A stretch of DNA of 64,000 bases from Eledone cirrhosa (GCA_964016885.1 OZ024744.1:86986001-87050000); one strand, 5' to 3'. Counted from the first letter of the stretch, positions 13,248 to 25,859 are shown. Numbers and translations are program-made. The notes: generated from the letters alone by a model not told the origin.

Positions 13248-13764
13248 ATACCTTCCTGCCAGATAGTTGAACGTCTGAAAGTATATACTTTCCTTATGCA
13301 TATTAACGGCTGAGCAGCCTAATTTGCATATCGAGTGAGTTAATCGGCCGGGGTACCGAATATGATAAACGGCAAAAATGAAACGAAATTTCATTTCTCA
13401 CTCTTAGTATGGCTGTTACTTAAATATAAGTATGTACACGTACATACATATATGTATACAGACGTACAGTAGTATGTATATATATATACATACATGCACA
13501 CATATATATATATATGTACGTATAGATTCACCAAACATTTATTATAATGCTCGGTGTGTTTGTAAACAAACATCACGAATTAAGCCGTACAGTGTCTAGC
13601 AACCATCGTTGCTCATTTGTTCAACACTGACAAAGGAACGCTGTACTAGTTTCAAGCTTAATTCGGGATGTTTGTTATAATCAAGGCTCAGGTAACATGT
13701 GAGGTATTGGGGAGATTTAAAATTTGAAAATTTTATCGCCAATGTGGATTACTATAACAATTCT

Positions 13765-13975
13765 TTCTGATGTAGGCACAAGGCCAGAAATTTTTTTAGG
13801 GGAGGGGAAAATCGATTAAATCGACCCGAGTGTATTACTGATGTTTTATTTTATCGACTGTGTAATGATAATCAAAGCTAACCTCGGCGGGATTTGAACT
13901 CAGAACGCAAAGCGCCGTAACTTTATGTCTCTAAGCATGTTGTCCAACGTTCTACCGATTCTACTAATCTACCAG
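13765..13975 (-). mobile_element. Nin-domain SINE (diverged)
   Basis: CCTCGGCGGGATTTGAACTC and AGGCACAAGGCCAG segments shared with other copies. Confidence 0.7.
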
Positions 13976-14079
13976 TAATGTGCGGTTCTATTCCTCATGT
14001 CTTAATTCACATTTTTTACTGTTTCGGAATATTTTATTAAATTAATATATAAGTTCATCAATTATTATTAAAGTTATTT

Positions 14080-14270
14080 GCGGTGGATTGGCAGTATCGG
14101 TAGAGGCTCGGACGCCATGCTTTGCAAGCACAGTGTTGCGACCCTTTATGATCTGAGTTCACATCCCACCGAGGTTAACTTTGCCTTTCATCCATACGGG
14201 GTCGATAAAATAAAGTACCAGTAATGCACTTGGGTAATTACTGGCCTTGTGCCAAAAAGTAGAAACAATT
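14080..14270 (+). mobile_element. Nin-domain SINE
   Basis: GCGGTGGATTGGCAGTATCGGTAG head; CTTTGCCTTTCATCCATACGGGGTCGATAAAATAAAGTACC core. Confidence 0.85.
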
Positions 14271-14405
14271 GTTAAAGTTATGTGCTTGGCGACTATATAT
14301 TTAATCACATACACAAATACATATACACGCACACACCCACACACGCATATATATATGTATGTATATAAGTACGTATATATACATATATATATAATATATA
14401 TATAT

Positions 14406-14454
<49 letters not shown>

Positions 14455-14528
14455 TATATTGAGTTAGAAACTCAAAATAATCTCTTACAATTAAATAGTT
14501 CCAAGAGAGAAGATTTTTCTGATCCGTG

Positions 14529-14567
<39 letters not shown>

Positions 14568-14850
14568 ATGTATATATACATATACATTCATGCATATACA
14601 ATAACACATATCTGTGTGTGTTTATGTATCTCAGTGTAACTGCGTGCGCGAGTGTTTATCTTTCTGTGTATGTAGGTAAACATGTATATATCTTTTAGTG
14701 ATGTACATCGATGACAAATTTGAAAAAGAAATCGTCCAGAAAAACAGTTAACGTACAGATACTGTGAAAAAGAAAGAGAGTTACCTATCGGCAACTTGCA
14801 GCCAACAACTATATATGTGTATGTGTGTATTTATGTACATATACATAAAC

Positions 14851-14894
<44 letters not shown>

Positions 14895-14898
<4 letters not shown>

Positions 14899-15123
14899 CG
14901 AAGGAAATGTGGTAAGGAACCAGGTGGACCATAACGCACCAAAGTACTCAATACTTGAGGTAGTAGAGTGGGTAATAGGAACCAGTAAGACCCCGACAGC
15001 TGAGCTCAAGCCGTTTCGACGGCTAATTCTGGACTAAATGAACATTTATCCTGGTAAATGTTCATTTAGTCCAGAATTAGCCGTCGAAACGGCTTGAGCT
15101 CAGCTGTCGGGGTCTTACTGGTT

Positions 15124-15127
<4 letters not shown>
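14895..15127 (+). mobile_element. Family H copy with a perfect ~72-bp-arm hairpin (14976-15127)
   Basis: TAGGAACCAGTAAGACCCCG...CGGGGTCTTACTGGTTCCTA, flanked by (TA)n. Confidence 0.75.
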
Positions 15128-15154
<27 letters not shown>

Positions 15155-15159
<5 letters not shown>

Positions 15160-15671
15160 TATGTATACGTAAATACATATATGTGTACAGACGCACAGTA
15201 GTATGTACACATATATATATGTATGGGTTTACCGAATATTTATTATAATGTTCGGTTTGTTTGTAAACAAACATCCTAAATTAGGCCGTACAGTTCTCGG
15301 CAACCATCGTTGCCCTTTTGTTCAACACTGACACAGGAACGATGTACTAGTTTCAAGCTTATTAGCTACCGTCAGCATCGTATACCTTTCTGTCAGATGA
15401 TTGAACGTCTGAAAGTATATACTTTCCTTATGCATATTAACGGCTTAGCAGCCTAATTTGCATATTGAGTGAGTTAGTCGGCCGGGCATACCGAAAACGA
15501 TAAATGGAAAAGAATGAAACGAAATTTCATTTCTCACTCTTAATACGGCTGATACCTAAATATTAGTATGTATACGTACATACATATATGTGTACAGACG
15601 CACAATAGTATGTATATATATATACATACATGCACACATATATATATATGTACGTATGGGTTTACCGAACA
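15155..15671 (-). repeat. Diverged family R copy (~1.2 units) with hammerhead at 15339-15381
   Basis: Same unit as 12501-13660; core reads CUGACGG (A9 mutated); stem I ACGAUG/CAUCGU. Confidence 0.85.
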
Positions 15672-15694
15672 TTATAATAAATGTATAATAAACT

Positions 15695-15914
15695 ATCGAG
15701 TGAACTTCAACCGTTAAGGTTGTCTTGTTTTCCGGTTATGTCAATATTTATTTATAAAACAAATCTGTATTTTATCTGATGAAAGCGCACCACAATAAAA
15801 TAAATATGGTTTTATAATATAGTTTCCATTTATTAATATATTGAATATAAACTCCACTAAGCTGTTGAGTGCTTTATATCAGTTATAAAATGTTTAAGCT
15901 TCTTGAATCCCAAC
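15695..15914 (+). mobile_element. Family P1 hammerhead element, internally deleted copy
   Basis: TTTTATCTGATGA followed by deletion of the GAAA half; flanks match 18543-18805. Confidence 0.6.
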
Positions 15915-15931
15915 AAATTAAATATAACCTC

Positions 15932-16032
<101 letters not shown>

Positions 16033-16350
16033 TAAAATAACAGAAGGATAAATAGGGTTCTTATATATTTGATATATATTTATCCTTATCGAGCTATCTT
16101 ACGATTTTAGTCTTCAAATTTATTATTATTACTATATAAATATATATATATATATATAGATAAATCTACCAAAAGTTTACGGTAGTGTCCAATCCGTATG
16201 AAGAACTCAATGTAATCCGGATATCATGAAAAGAGAAGATGCATTCAAAAACTACTTTCGGTGAAAAATAAACGGAAAACAGAGTCAAGATAAATTATTT
16301 AAAAAAATAATGAATAAACAAAGAAACGGTTCCTTATATTAAACATTTTT

Positions 16351-16488
16351 TTATTTTTCTGAAGACAGCATATATATGTGAAGGTATGTATATTCCCTCT
16401 GATAGTTTGTATAAATATTGTACATAGATCTATAGAATATGCATACCAATTCTAACACATATATATCCTAGAAACGATCGTAAAATAA
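16351..16488 (+). ncRNA. Hammerhead motif with ~105-nt stem II domain, inside an inverted repeat (16291-16548)
   Basis: CUGAAGA 16359-16365; AUAUAUAUGUG/CACAUAUAUAU helix; GAAA 16471-16474; palindromic ACGAUCGU; GUA|AAAUAA. Confidence 0.65.
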
Positions 16489-16680
16489 TGAATTTTTTTA
16501 ATATAAGGAACTGTTTCTTTGTTTATTCATTATTTTTTTAATAATTTATATATATATATATATATAATTACCAGCGTATATACACCATATATAATTAGAT
16601 GCACAGGCGGACAGAAATAGAAAGAGATAAATAAATAGATAGGTAGGCAGATAGATAGATATATTGATAGATAGATAGAC

Positions 16681-16743
<63 letters not shown>

Positions 16744-16774
16744 GAGAGATAGAGAGATAGATAGATAGGTAGGC

Positions 16775-16839
<65 letters not shown>

Positions 16840-17954
16840 TAGGTAAGCAGATAGATAGATTGATTGATTGGTAGATAGATTGGTAGATAGATAAGCTGTC
16901 AGGCGAATACAGACAAACAGATATATAGTGCGACATACAAACTTGCAGACCGCCGGACACACAGATAGAGATTTATAACTTTGCCCGGGAGATAAAAGGA
17001 AGATTTATTATTAAGAGATCACAAGTAAAATATTGTGATCAGCGTATGGCAGGAGGCTGTGCGCCGTTAACACTCACTATTGGAGCAGTGCAAATCTCAC
17101 TGAGATGAAGTCGACAACACAAAGCTGATTGTTTGCAAATAATGGGTCTGGAGACAAACTGTGACGAATGCTTCAACAAAAATATCCGAAAGAGCTCAGT
17201 CATATTGTGGAAATATCACGTTTCGTACACAACTCTTTCAAAGCAATAAACCCTATATGATCAGCTAACCAGCTAACACCACAACCAGTGTATATCGTTT
17301 GGACAAATTTTTGACCTCTCTCTGTACAGATTTTTACTGCTGTCCGTTTTAATTTGGCGACAATTTACTTTTTTTCATATTAATTTTTATTTTTATTTTT
17401 ATTTTTATTTTTATTTTTATTTTCCTGGTGTTTTTATTTTATTTTAAATAAATAGTTAAACAAGTTTCATGTCGCTTTTGTTTGGCTTTTGTTTATATGT
17501 ATTTATTTATTTATTCTTTATTACAGATTTCTATTTTCGACTGATTTCACTCTTCTACATTAATGATGCTTATTCTTCTTATTTAGCCACAGGTCACTAC
17601 TAATTAAACGAACAAAGAATCAGAGGTATTCCAGCAATGAGCACTCCTTCTGTGTTTTGGAATGAGTAAATATTGTGAAGTATATTTACAACTATATTAC
17701 TTAATATATACCCCTCCCCCATATTTATATGAGGGTTGTGTGATATTTGAAAGGAATTTAGCTGTTATGTTTTGCTAGTAAATCGACAGTACAGACGATT
17801 TAACATAGGCCTGTGATGCTTTTTATTTATCTATTCCGGTTACAGTGCTTAATACCTTGCGGTGTTCGTTCCGGTTCTCCACACTCTGTGTACAAATACT
17901 TTTCAGGTCAACATTGCATTTCCTCTGTCCATGATCGGAAGCTAAAGTTTCAGT

Positions 17955-18049
<95 letters not shown>

Positions 18050-18291
18050 CTGTATAACTATATATATATATGTGTGTGTATATATAGTTCAAGGAAACAA
18101 CAATCAAATACAAAAAGTCTTATTAATTTCACGCTTTATATGGAAAGGGGGAAAGAAAGTTCGATGTGTCATGCTTTATTTAGCCCTTCCTCAGAAGTAC
18201 AAAAATAGAGACAGGATCACAATAAAGATAACCAAGTATTACACCAAGAAAAGGTATAACTTCGGCGAGAAATGAGATTAGGAATTTATTT

Positions 18292-18401
18292 GCTTTAACA
18301 TATGTTTCCGTGTCTATTATAATTGTCTACATATGCTGATTACAATTATATTGTTGAATCATATGCAATACTCGATTATTTATCACACTTCATCAGAAAG
18401 C
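18292..18401 (-). ncRNA. Hammerhead motif with long stem II insertion
   Basis: Minus strand GCUUU-CUGAUGA-aGUGU...ACACg-GAAA-CAUAUG-UU|AAAGC; 5-bp stem I and palindromic stem III. Confidence 0.65.
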
Positions 18402-18457
18402 CTATAATTATGGAAGTAATATCCACTATGCCGTAGAATTAAGCAACGGTATATACA

Positions 18458-18542
<85 letters not shown>

Positions 18543-18544
<2 letters not shown>

Positions 18545-18804
18545 TAAAAGGGATATTCAATTTGTTGATAATTCAGCAAATATAAATGTTTATAACTGAT
18601 TCAGAGCACTCGACAAGTTTTCTGGAGTATAATATTCCCAGAAAGACTTGAACCGTTAAGTTCTTGTTCTTATGTCAATATTTATAAAACAAACTTTATA
18701 TTTTATCTGATGAGGGCGTACCAAAGTGTTGGTACCCTTGAAATATATATAATAAAATAAATATAGTTTTATAAATATAGTTTCCATTTATTTAAAATCA
18801 TTGA

Positions 18805-18805
<1 letters not shown>
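18543..18805 (+). mobile_element. Family P1 Penelope-pLTR-like element with hammerhead at 18699-18759
   Basis: UUUUAU-CUGAUGA-GGGCGUACCA aagugu UGGUACCCuu-GAAA-UAUAUA-UA|AUAAAA; 5' part is an inverted copy of the family 3' tail. Confidence 0.75.
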
Positions 18806-18855
<50 letters not shown>

Positions 18856-18867
18856 TGTCTATATTTA

Positions 18868-19478
18868 TGTCAGGTCACCAGTTGGTGCTACTGGTAACAT
18901 GTATCCCAGTACAACCTGTCTCATGGTCGGGTCGTTGGCGACTAAACTGGCAACCCCACCAAGGTTTCTTGGTGAGGAGGGTGACTTTGGACATCCTGCA
19001 GGACGAAAAACAAAACCTGTCAAAGGGTAAAGAAGCTTTTAAGAGTCAATGGCCATCCAAAATCACCGGGAGAGATGACCCCTTAGCCTTTGTCAAGGCA
19101 GAATTCTAGGAGAAGGAAAACTCTGATATAACACCTGCAATCCTGATGGCATCCAATGATGTTGACTTGTTCTTCTTTTTGGTAAATATCATCTAGGTTA
19201 AGAGAGTGGGACTGGCTTTGTGCAGTGCCTTTGCTCACTATAAAATGTTCACGGCACAGGCATTGCTTTATATCTGGAGATCTCTCTGCACTTGTCGTCA
19301 CATGGTACCATGGGCCCAGCACTATGTGTCAATAATTGTCGCAAGTATAGTGTTTGTACCAGAGTTTTCAAGTCGCTGGCTGGACTAAAAAGTCACACTC
19401 GTTTAGCGCATCGGTAGGAGTTCTCCTACATGGATATAAAGTAGTGGTCGTACTCGAAAACGAGTTGGCAGCCACCAT
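18868..19478 (+). mobile_element. ~610-bp non-autonomous RTE-derived element, copy 1
   Basis: Three near-identical copies with the same ends; 3' part encodes a degenerate C2H2-like tail (CSVCTRGFKSLAGLKSHTR in copy 3) as in RTE/BovB-type ORF ends. Confidence 0.7.
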
Positions 19479-19491
19479 ATTATATATATAT

Positions 19492-19863
19492 AAGCAAAAG
19501 GGATATTTAATTCGTTGGTAATTCAACAAATAAAAAATTGTTTTTAACTGATTCGAAGCACTCGCAAGTTTTCTGGAGTATAATATTTAATGATATTAAA
19601 TAAATGGAAAGTATATTTATAAAACCATATTTATTCTATTATATATATTTCAAGGGTACCACAACTTTTCAAAATGGTTCAAGTCTTTCCTGGATAGGAA
19701 AAACTTGATCCGTTAAGATCTTCCTCCTGGATATGTCAATATTTATAAAACAAACTTTGTATTTTATTTGATGAGAAGGTACCAAAGTTGTGGTACCCTT
19801 GAAATATATATAATAGAATAAATATGGTTTTATAAATATAGTTTCAATTTATTTAATATCACT
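19492..19863 (+). mobile_element. Family P1 copy (inverted then forward) with degenerate hammerhead at 19761-19820
   Basis: UUGAUGA (C3 mutated)...GGUACC stem...GAAAUAUAUAUA; inverted partial copy at 19492-19670. Confidence 0.7.
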
Positions 19864-19897
19864 GTATATATATATATATATATATAGATAGATAGAT

Positions 19898-20010
19898 TTA
19901 GAGTTTATGTTGGTTGTATGAAGAGGTCACAGCCAAAGTGGCTGTCACTGAAATATATATAGCAGTAATAAACGAAGCTAAATTTTAATCATTTGACTTT
20001 TATTTAACTT

Positions 20011-20016
<6 letters not shown>
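19898..20016 (+). mobile_element. Family P3 fragment with 5'-clipped hammerhead
   Basis: UGAAGA-GGUCACAGCCA aag UGGCUGUCACU-GAAA-UAUAUAUA; body matches 40175-40335, whose 3' end is inverted at 19901-19918. Confidence 0.55.
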
Positions 20017-20091
<75 letters not shown>

Positions 20092-21075
20092 TAGGTCACC
20101 GACGATGTAATTTCGTTAAAACGAACATCTTTTCGTCCGGGAATCAAAATCCAGTCTCGTACGAAATTGAGGGCCTCATTCCGAAATACGATGCCCGTCA
20201 TCAACTGTTATATATTTACTCTTAAAGTTACGAAAATCCGCCAGCTGCAAAATAACCCAGTCAAAGGGTGTCATAAAAACATAACATCCTCTTTATTTCA
20301 ATCTTCTCATCTTCCATCACCATATTCTTCTCACACATCTCTTCTCTTTCTCTCTCCGTTTCTCTCTGTCTCGGTCTGTCCGTTTGTCTGTCTCTCTCTC
20401 TCATTCTCCCCCCTTTCTCTCCCTCCTTCTATCAATCTACCTTCTCTTTATTTAAGCCTCTACCTCTTTATTTAAGCCTCTTTCAATTTTCCTCTCTTTC
20501 TTACGTTATCGTATATTTGCTTCTGTACATGAACAATTTCCTAGTTTTTATTATTATTTATAACTCTTAACTTTGATGTAGATATAGAAGCAAAGATAGA
20601 TGTCTAGCCTTGCTGTTATAAACCAGACAAATTTCGGATTTACTGTATCACTTAACGCTTTTATTTAAGACGTATTATATTTATTTACATTTTATTTTAT
20701 TTATTTTATTTTAAAGTGTTTTGTTGTATTGTGTTTTTTTTTTCATGACAAAAAAAAAATAATAATAACAATAATAATAATGATAATTATAATAATATCA
20801 ACAACAACAGCAAAACACTCTTAATAAAAAAAGAATTCGGGTAAATCTTCATACATTTCCTGTGACCAGGCCAATTCGTTTCAAAGGAACTATAAACTGA
20901 TGCTGTATCAGTCCTCTGTACTGAGCTGTCTTATTTTCTACACAAACTTTATGAGCCAGTTTCAGTGTTCTCGGTTTTTCGTTTTTTTTTACGCAATATA
21001 TCCCGCTATATAAATATTTAAATGCATCTCTGTATACATATACATATCCCCCTCTCGCTCCCTATTGGTATATAT

Positions 21076-21132
<57 letters not shown>

Positions 21133-21179
21133 TATATATGTGATGTGTATGTGTGTATGTATATATGTACACACACACG

Positions 21180-21214
<35 letters not shown>

Positions 21215-21309
21215 GTGTGTGTGTGTGATGTGTATGTGTGTGTGTGATGTTTATGTGCGTGTGTGTGTGTGTATATATATAAATGTATATATGTACACAC
21301 ACACACACG

Positions 21310-21396
<87 letters not shown>

Positions 21397-21398
<2 letters not shown>

Positions 21399-21520
21399 CG
21401 AATTGGCAGTCGTTAAAACGTCGGATAGAATACCTTGCGGTATCTGTCCCACCTCAATGCGTACTCTCAGTTCAAATCCCGCCTTGGTCAATTTGTCTTT
21501 CATTCAATCGAGGTCGATAA
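21397..21520 (+). mobile_element. Nin-domain SINE, 3'-truncated
   Basis: GGCGAATTGGCAG...GTTCAAATCCCGCC...TTTCATTCAATCGAGGTCGATAAAA. Confidence 0.7.
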
Positions 21521-21847
21521 AAAAATTCAGACCTGGAGAGGGTTAGGCTCCACCAGGTTTTTTTAAAACTACCCTAGACCCACCGTATGACGGTGCCTCT
21601 AGGACTCCACAAAGAGTTGTGGGATCTTTATATATGTATATATATATATATAAGTTTATCCCGGATTCAATCGGGGGTAACCACAGTAAGTAAGGTACTC
21701 AATACAAAGCAGAGTATAAATATTTAATATAGAAAAAGCTTCTACAGGAATAGAACTGTTTCATTCGGGAGAAATCATTACGAAGCTTCCTGATGATTTC
21801 TCCCAAATGAAACAGTTCTAGTCCCGTAAAAGCTTGATCTATATAAA

Positions 21848-21893
<46 letters not shown>

Positions 21894-21922
21894 AGGGTGT
21901 CCACACCACAAAGTCACTAGAC

Positions 21923-21987
<65 letters not shown>

Positions 21988-22019
21988 TATATATATATAT
22001 ATATATATCTGTATATATA

Positions 22020-22322
22020 TATTGTTATACTTTGGGAGGGTCATGTTGCCAATAAGAAACACACGCACCAGTTGCTTTCACTCCAATTTATTATAAATTA
22101 AATAAAACAAAGAGAACAATCCCCAGTCACTGAAGAGGTCACAGAAAGTGTGACGAAAGAACTTTGACAATATATGAACAACCGTCCAGTTGTGGAACCA
22201 ACAAACCAACCGGAAATTTATAAATTCTTAAATTTATAAATTTAATTCATAATAAATTTGAGTGAAAGCTTCTGGTGCGTGTGTTTCTTATTGGCAACAT
22301 GACCCTCCCAAAGTATAACAAT
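22020..22322 (+). mobile_element. Family P2 element with terminal inverted duplication and hammerhead at 22126-22168
   Basis: GUCA-CUGAAGA-GGUCACA gaaag UGUGAC-GAAA-GAAC-UU|UGAC; ~75-bp inverted ends ATTGTTATACTTTGGGAGGG / CCCTCCCAAAGTATAACAAT. Confidence 0.75.
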
Positions 22323-22466
22323 ATATATATATATATATATATATAGGTATTAGTGATAACCACAAACATGTGAGGAGCGGTAGCCTTCGATAACTTCGTT
22401 AGCCACTACCTTCGCTATGAATGTTATAAAATATTATTAAATATATAATACGTACATTCATATATA

Positions 22467-22551
<85 letters not shown>

Positions 22552-22552
22552 A

Positions 22553-22641
<89 letters not shown>

Positions 22642-22940
22642 CATGGACGGATGACATGACAAAAATAAAATCTGGCTATATACATTAAATTATGCATACG
22701 AAAAATATCTACAACCTTTCTGATGTAAACAATCAAACCTGAGTGATCAACCAGTTCACTTCCAGTGGACAATGCTGTTACGTGACAGCTTGGACAAAGA
22801 TCTTTACCATAACTTCTGATCGATTCAGTGCTTTTATGTTCAACTGGTTATATGGAAACTACATGGAAACCCGTCGGATGCATTGTGTCTTTGGATTTCA
22901 GTCTTCAAATTTATTATTATTACTATATATATATATATAT

Positions 22941-23135
22941 ATAACGAAGGAAATGTGGTAAGGAACCAGGTGGACCATAACGCACCAAAGTACTCAATAC
23001 TTAGGGTAGTAGAGTGGGTAATAGGAACAAGTAAGACCCCGACGGCCGAGCTCAAGCCGTTTCGACGGCTAATTCTGTACAGAATTAGCCGTCGAAACGG
23101 CTTGAGCTCAGCCGTCGGGGTCTTACTTGTTCCTA
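22941..23135 (+). mobile_element. Family H copy with near-perfect hairpin (23022-23135)
   Basis: Homologous to 14895-15127; hairpin centred on CTGTACAG. Confidence 0.75.
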
Positions 23136-23145
23136 TATATATATA

Positions 23146-23328
23146 CCAAATCAACTTTTTAAATGGAAGTTGCATTATTATAAGGTATGTCAAAATTATA
23201 TATAAAACAGCTTATGTATGGTATTTTGTCTGAGGAAGGCATACCATATTTTTAATATGATATCCCAGAAATATATATAACGAAATAAATATGGTTTTAT
23301 AAATATAGTTTCCATTTGTTTAATATCG
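23146..23328 (+). mobile_element. Family P1 variant with hammerhead at 23222-23287
   Basis: UAUUUUGU-CUGAGGA-...CAUAUU uuu AAUAUG...-GAAA-UAUAUA-UA|ACGAAAUA. Confidence 0.7.
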
Positions 23329-23344
23329 TATATATATATATATA

Positions 23345-23674
23345 TCTTAGTCTTAGATTCTTCCGCGCCGTTTGGCGCATCGAGCAGTAGGTACTCGCCA
23401 ACGGTCACGATCAGCGGCAACTTTATCGAGACCGTGCCAGGTGATGTTGGCTGCCATCAGGTCCTTACGGAAGAACGTTCGTCGCCAGGTGATCCTTGGG
23501 CAACCCCGCCTCTGTTTACCGCCAGGCGGAGTCCAGTTCATCGCTGTTTTCGAATGCCGTTCATTTGGGCGACGCAGAATATAGCCAGCCAGACGGCACC
23601 GACGCTCCGTGACCACTCTCTGTAGCATCCACGACTCGGCTCTCCACAGGATCTCCTCGTTTCGCACTCGGTCG
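23345..23674 (-). mobile_element. RTE-clade LINE 3' end
   Basis: RVRNEEIL...[12 protein letters not shown]...[20 protein letters not shown]...DRDRWR; short TAAGA-type tail. Confidence 0.85.
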
Positions 23675-23782
23675 TGTGTGTGTGTGTGTGTATCTTTATA
23701 TAAACGCGTTTGTAATTTTCTGTACATTGACGCACACGCATATACATACACACGCATGCACACACACATATATACATGTATG

Positions 23783-23915
<133 letters not shown>

Positions 23916-23998
23916 ATATATATATACACACATATATATAAATATGTATATACATATATGTATATACATATGTATATATATACATATAGATGCATATA

Positions 23999-24029
<31 letters not shown>

Positions 24030-24105
24030 CAATATATATATACACACATATATATAAATATGTATATACATATATGTATATACATATGTATATATATACA
24101 TATAG

Positions 24106-24138
<33 letters not shown>

Positions 24139-24152
24139 CTGTATATATATAT

Positions 24153-24292
<140 letters not shown>

Positions 24293-24614
24293 TAACATGG
24301 AATAACACAGCCATATAACGGTAAGTACGCGACAACGCAGGCGGTAGCATGATTATAAGACTAGCAATAAACCTACAAAATATCCAGCGATGGTATAAAC
24401 AAGAACAACGACGAAATACTGTAGAAAAACGGGATATTTAAAACAATTTATATTCTTTTGGATAAACTACAAAGAGCCTCAGTGCTTTCCGAATGATTAT
24501 AAATGAGTATATTCATACATACAAACATATATGTATGCATACATACATACATACATACATACATACATACATACATACATACATACATACATACATACAT
24601 ACATACATACATAC

Positions 24615-25225
24615 ATGGTGGCTGCCAACTCGTTTTCGAGTACGGTCACTACTTTATATCCATGTAGGAGAACGCCTACCGATGCGCTAAACAAGTGTGA
24701 CTTTTTAGTCCAGCCAGCGACTTGAAAACTCTGGTACAAACACTACACTTGTGACAATTATTGACACATAGTGCTGGGCCCTTGGTACCATGTGATGACA
24801 AGTGCAGAGAGATCTCCAGATATAAAGCAATGCCTGTGCCGTGAAGCTTTTATAGTGAGCAAAGGCACTGCACAAAGCCAGTCCCACTCTCTTAACCAAG
24901 ATGATATTTACCAAAAAGAAGAACAAGTCAACATCATTGGATACCATCAGAGTTGCAGGTGTTATATCAGAGTTTTCCTTCTCCTAGAATTCTGCCTTGA
25001 CAAAGGCTATGGGGTCATCTCTCCCGGTGATCTTGGATGGCCATTGACTCTTAAGAGCTCCTTTGCCCTTTGACAGGTTTTGTTTTTCGTCCTGCAGAAT
25101 GTCCAAAGTCACCCTCCTCACCAGAAACCTTGGTGGGGTTGCCAGTTTAGTCGCCAACGACCCGACCATGAGACAGGTTGTACTCGGATACATGTTACCA
25201 GTAGCACCAACTGGTGACCTGACAT
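24615..25225 (-). mobile_element. ~610-bp non-autonomous RTE-derived element, copy 2, inside (TACA)n
   Basis: Reverse complement of 18868-19478; (TACA)n on both sides. Confidence 0.75.
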
Positions 25226-25322
25226 ACATACATACATACATACATACATACACACATACATACATACATACATACATACATACATACATACATACATACA
25301 TACATACATACATACATACGTA

Positions 25323-25354
<32 letters not shown>

Positions 25355-25370
25355 ATTATATATTTTTATA

Positions 25371-25690
25371 TTTCGTTTCTGAATTTGTTTAGCAAGATTC
25401 TTTATCTGAAAACGTGTGTTGAAACCGATATTGTTATACTTTGGGAGGGTCATGTTGCCAATAAGAAACACACGCACCAGTTGCTTTCACTTCAATTTAT
25501 TATAATAAAGTTATAAATTTAGGAATTTATAAATTTCCGGTTGGTTGGTTGGTTCCACAACCAGATGATTGTTTATATATTGTCAAAGTTCTTCGTCACA
25601 CATTCTGTGACCTCTTCAGTGACTGGGGATTTTTTTCTTTGTTTTTGTTTTCTTTATTCTGTCCTACGCCATCTTGTTTTTGTCTGCGTA
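25371..25690 (-). mobile_element. Family P2 copy with hammerhead at 25582-25624 (one A of GAAA lost)
   Basis: Reverse complement of 22120-22320, plus an extension shared with 44128-44190. Confidence 0.7.
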
Positions 25691-25859
25691 GCATGACCGT
25701 GATTTTAAGATGTTCTCTTTCCAATCAATAGGGACTGTTTACGATCTTACTGCCCGGCCTCTTCAACAAGTGTCATTTACCATATTATTGAGTCGATCCA
25801 TGCCTCGTAAGGGAAATCAGATTCACGGGATTTAGGAATGTGCCATGTTGAATATCCCT

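Larger units (their letters stand above)
12501..13676 (-). repeat. 433-bp tandem repeat (~2.7 units) with one hammerhead motif per unit; retrozyme-like (family R)
   Basis: Unit starts at 12501, 12934 and 13367; ends in a short inversion at 13655-13676; hammerhead core on the minus strand. Confidence 0.9.

Noticed and set aside
12501-13660. Tandem repeat as a CRISPR array or coding repeat (68-aa and 61-aa ORFs)
   Set aside because: No unique spacers, eukaryotic context, and the ORFs are not preserved in diverged copies
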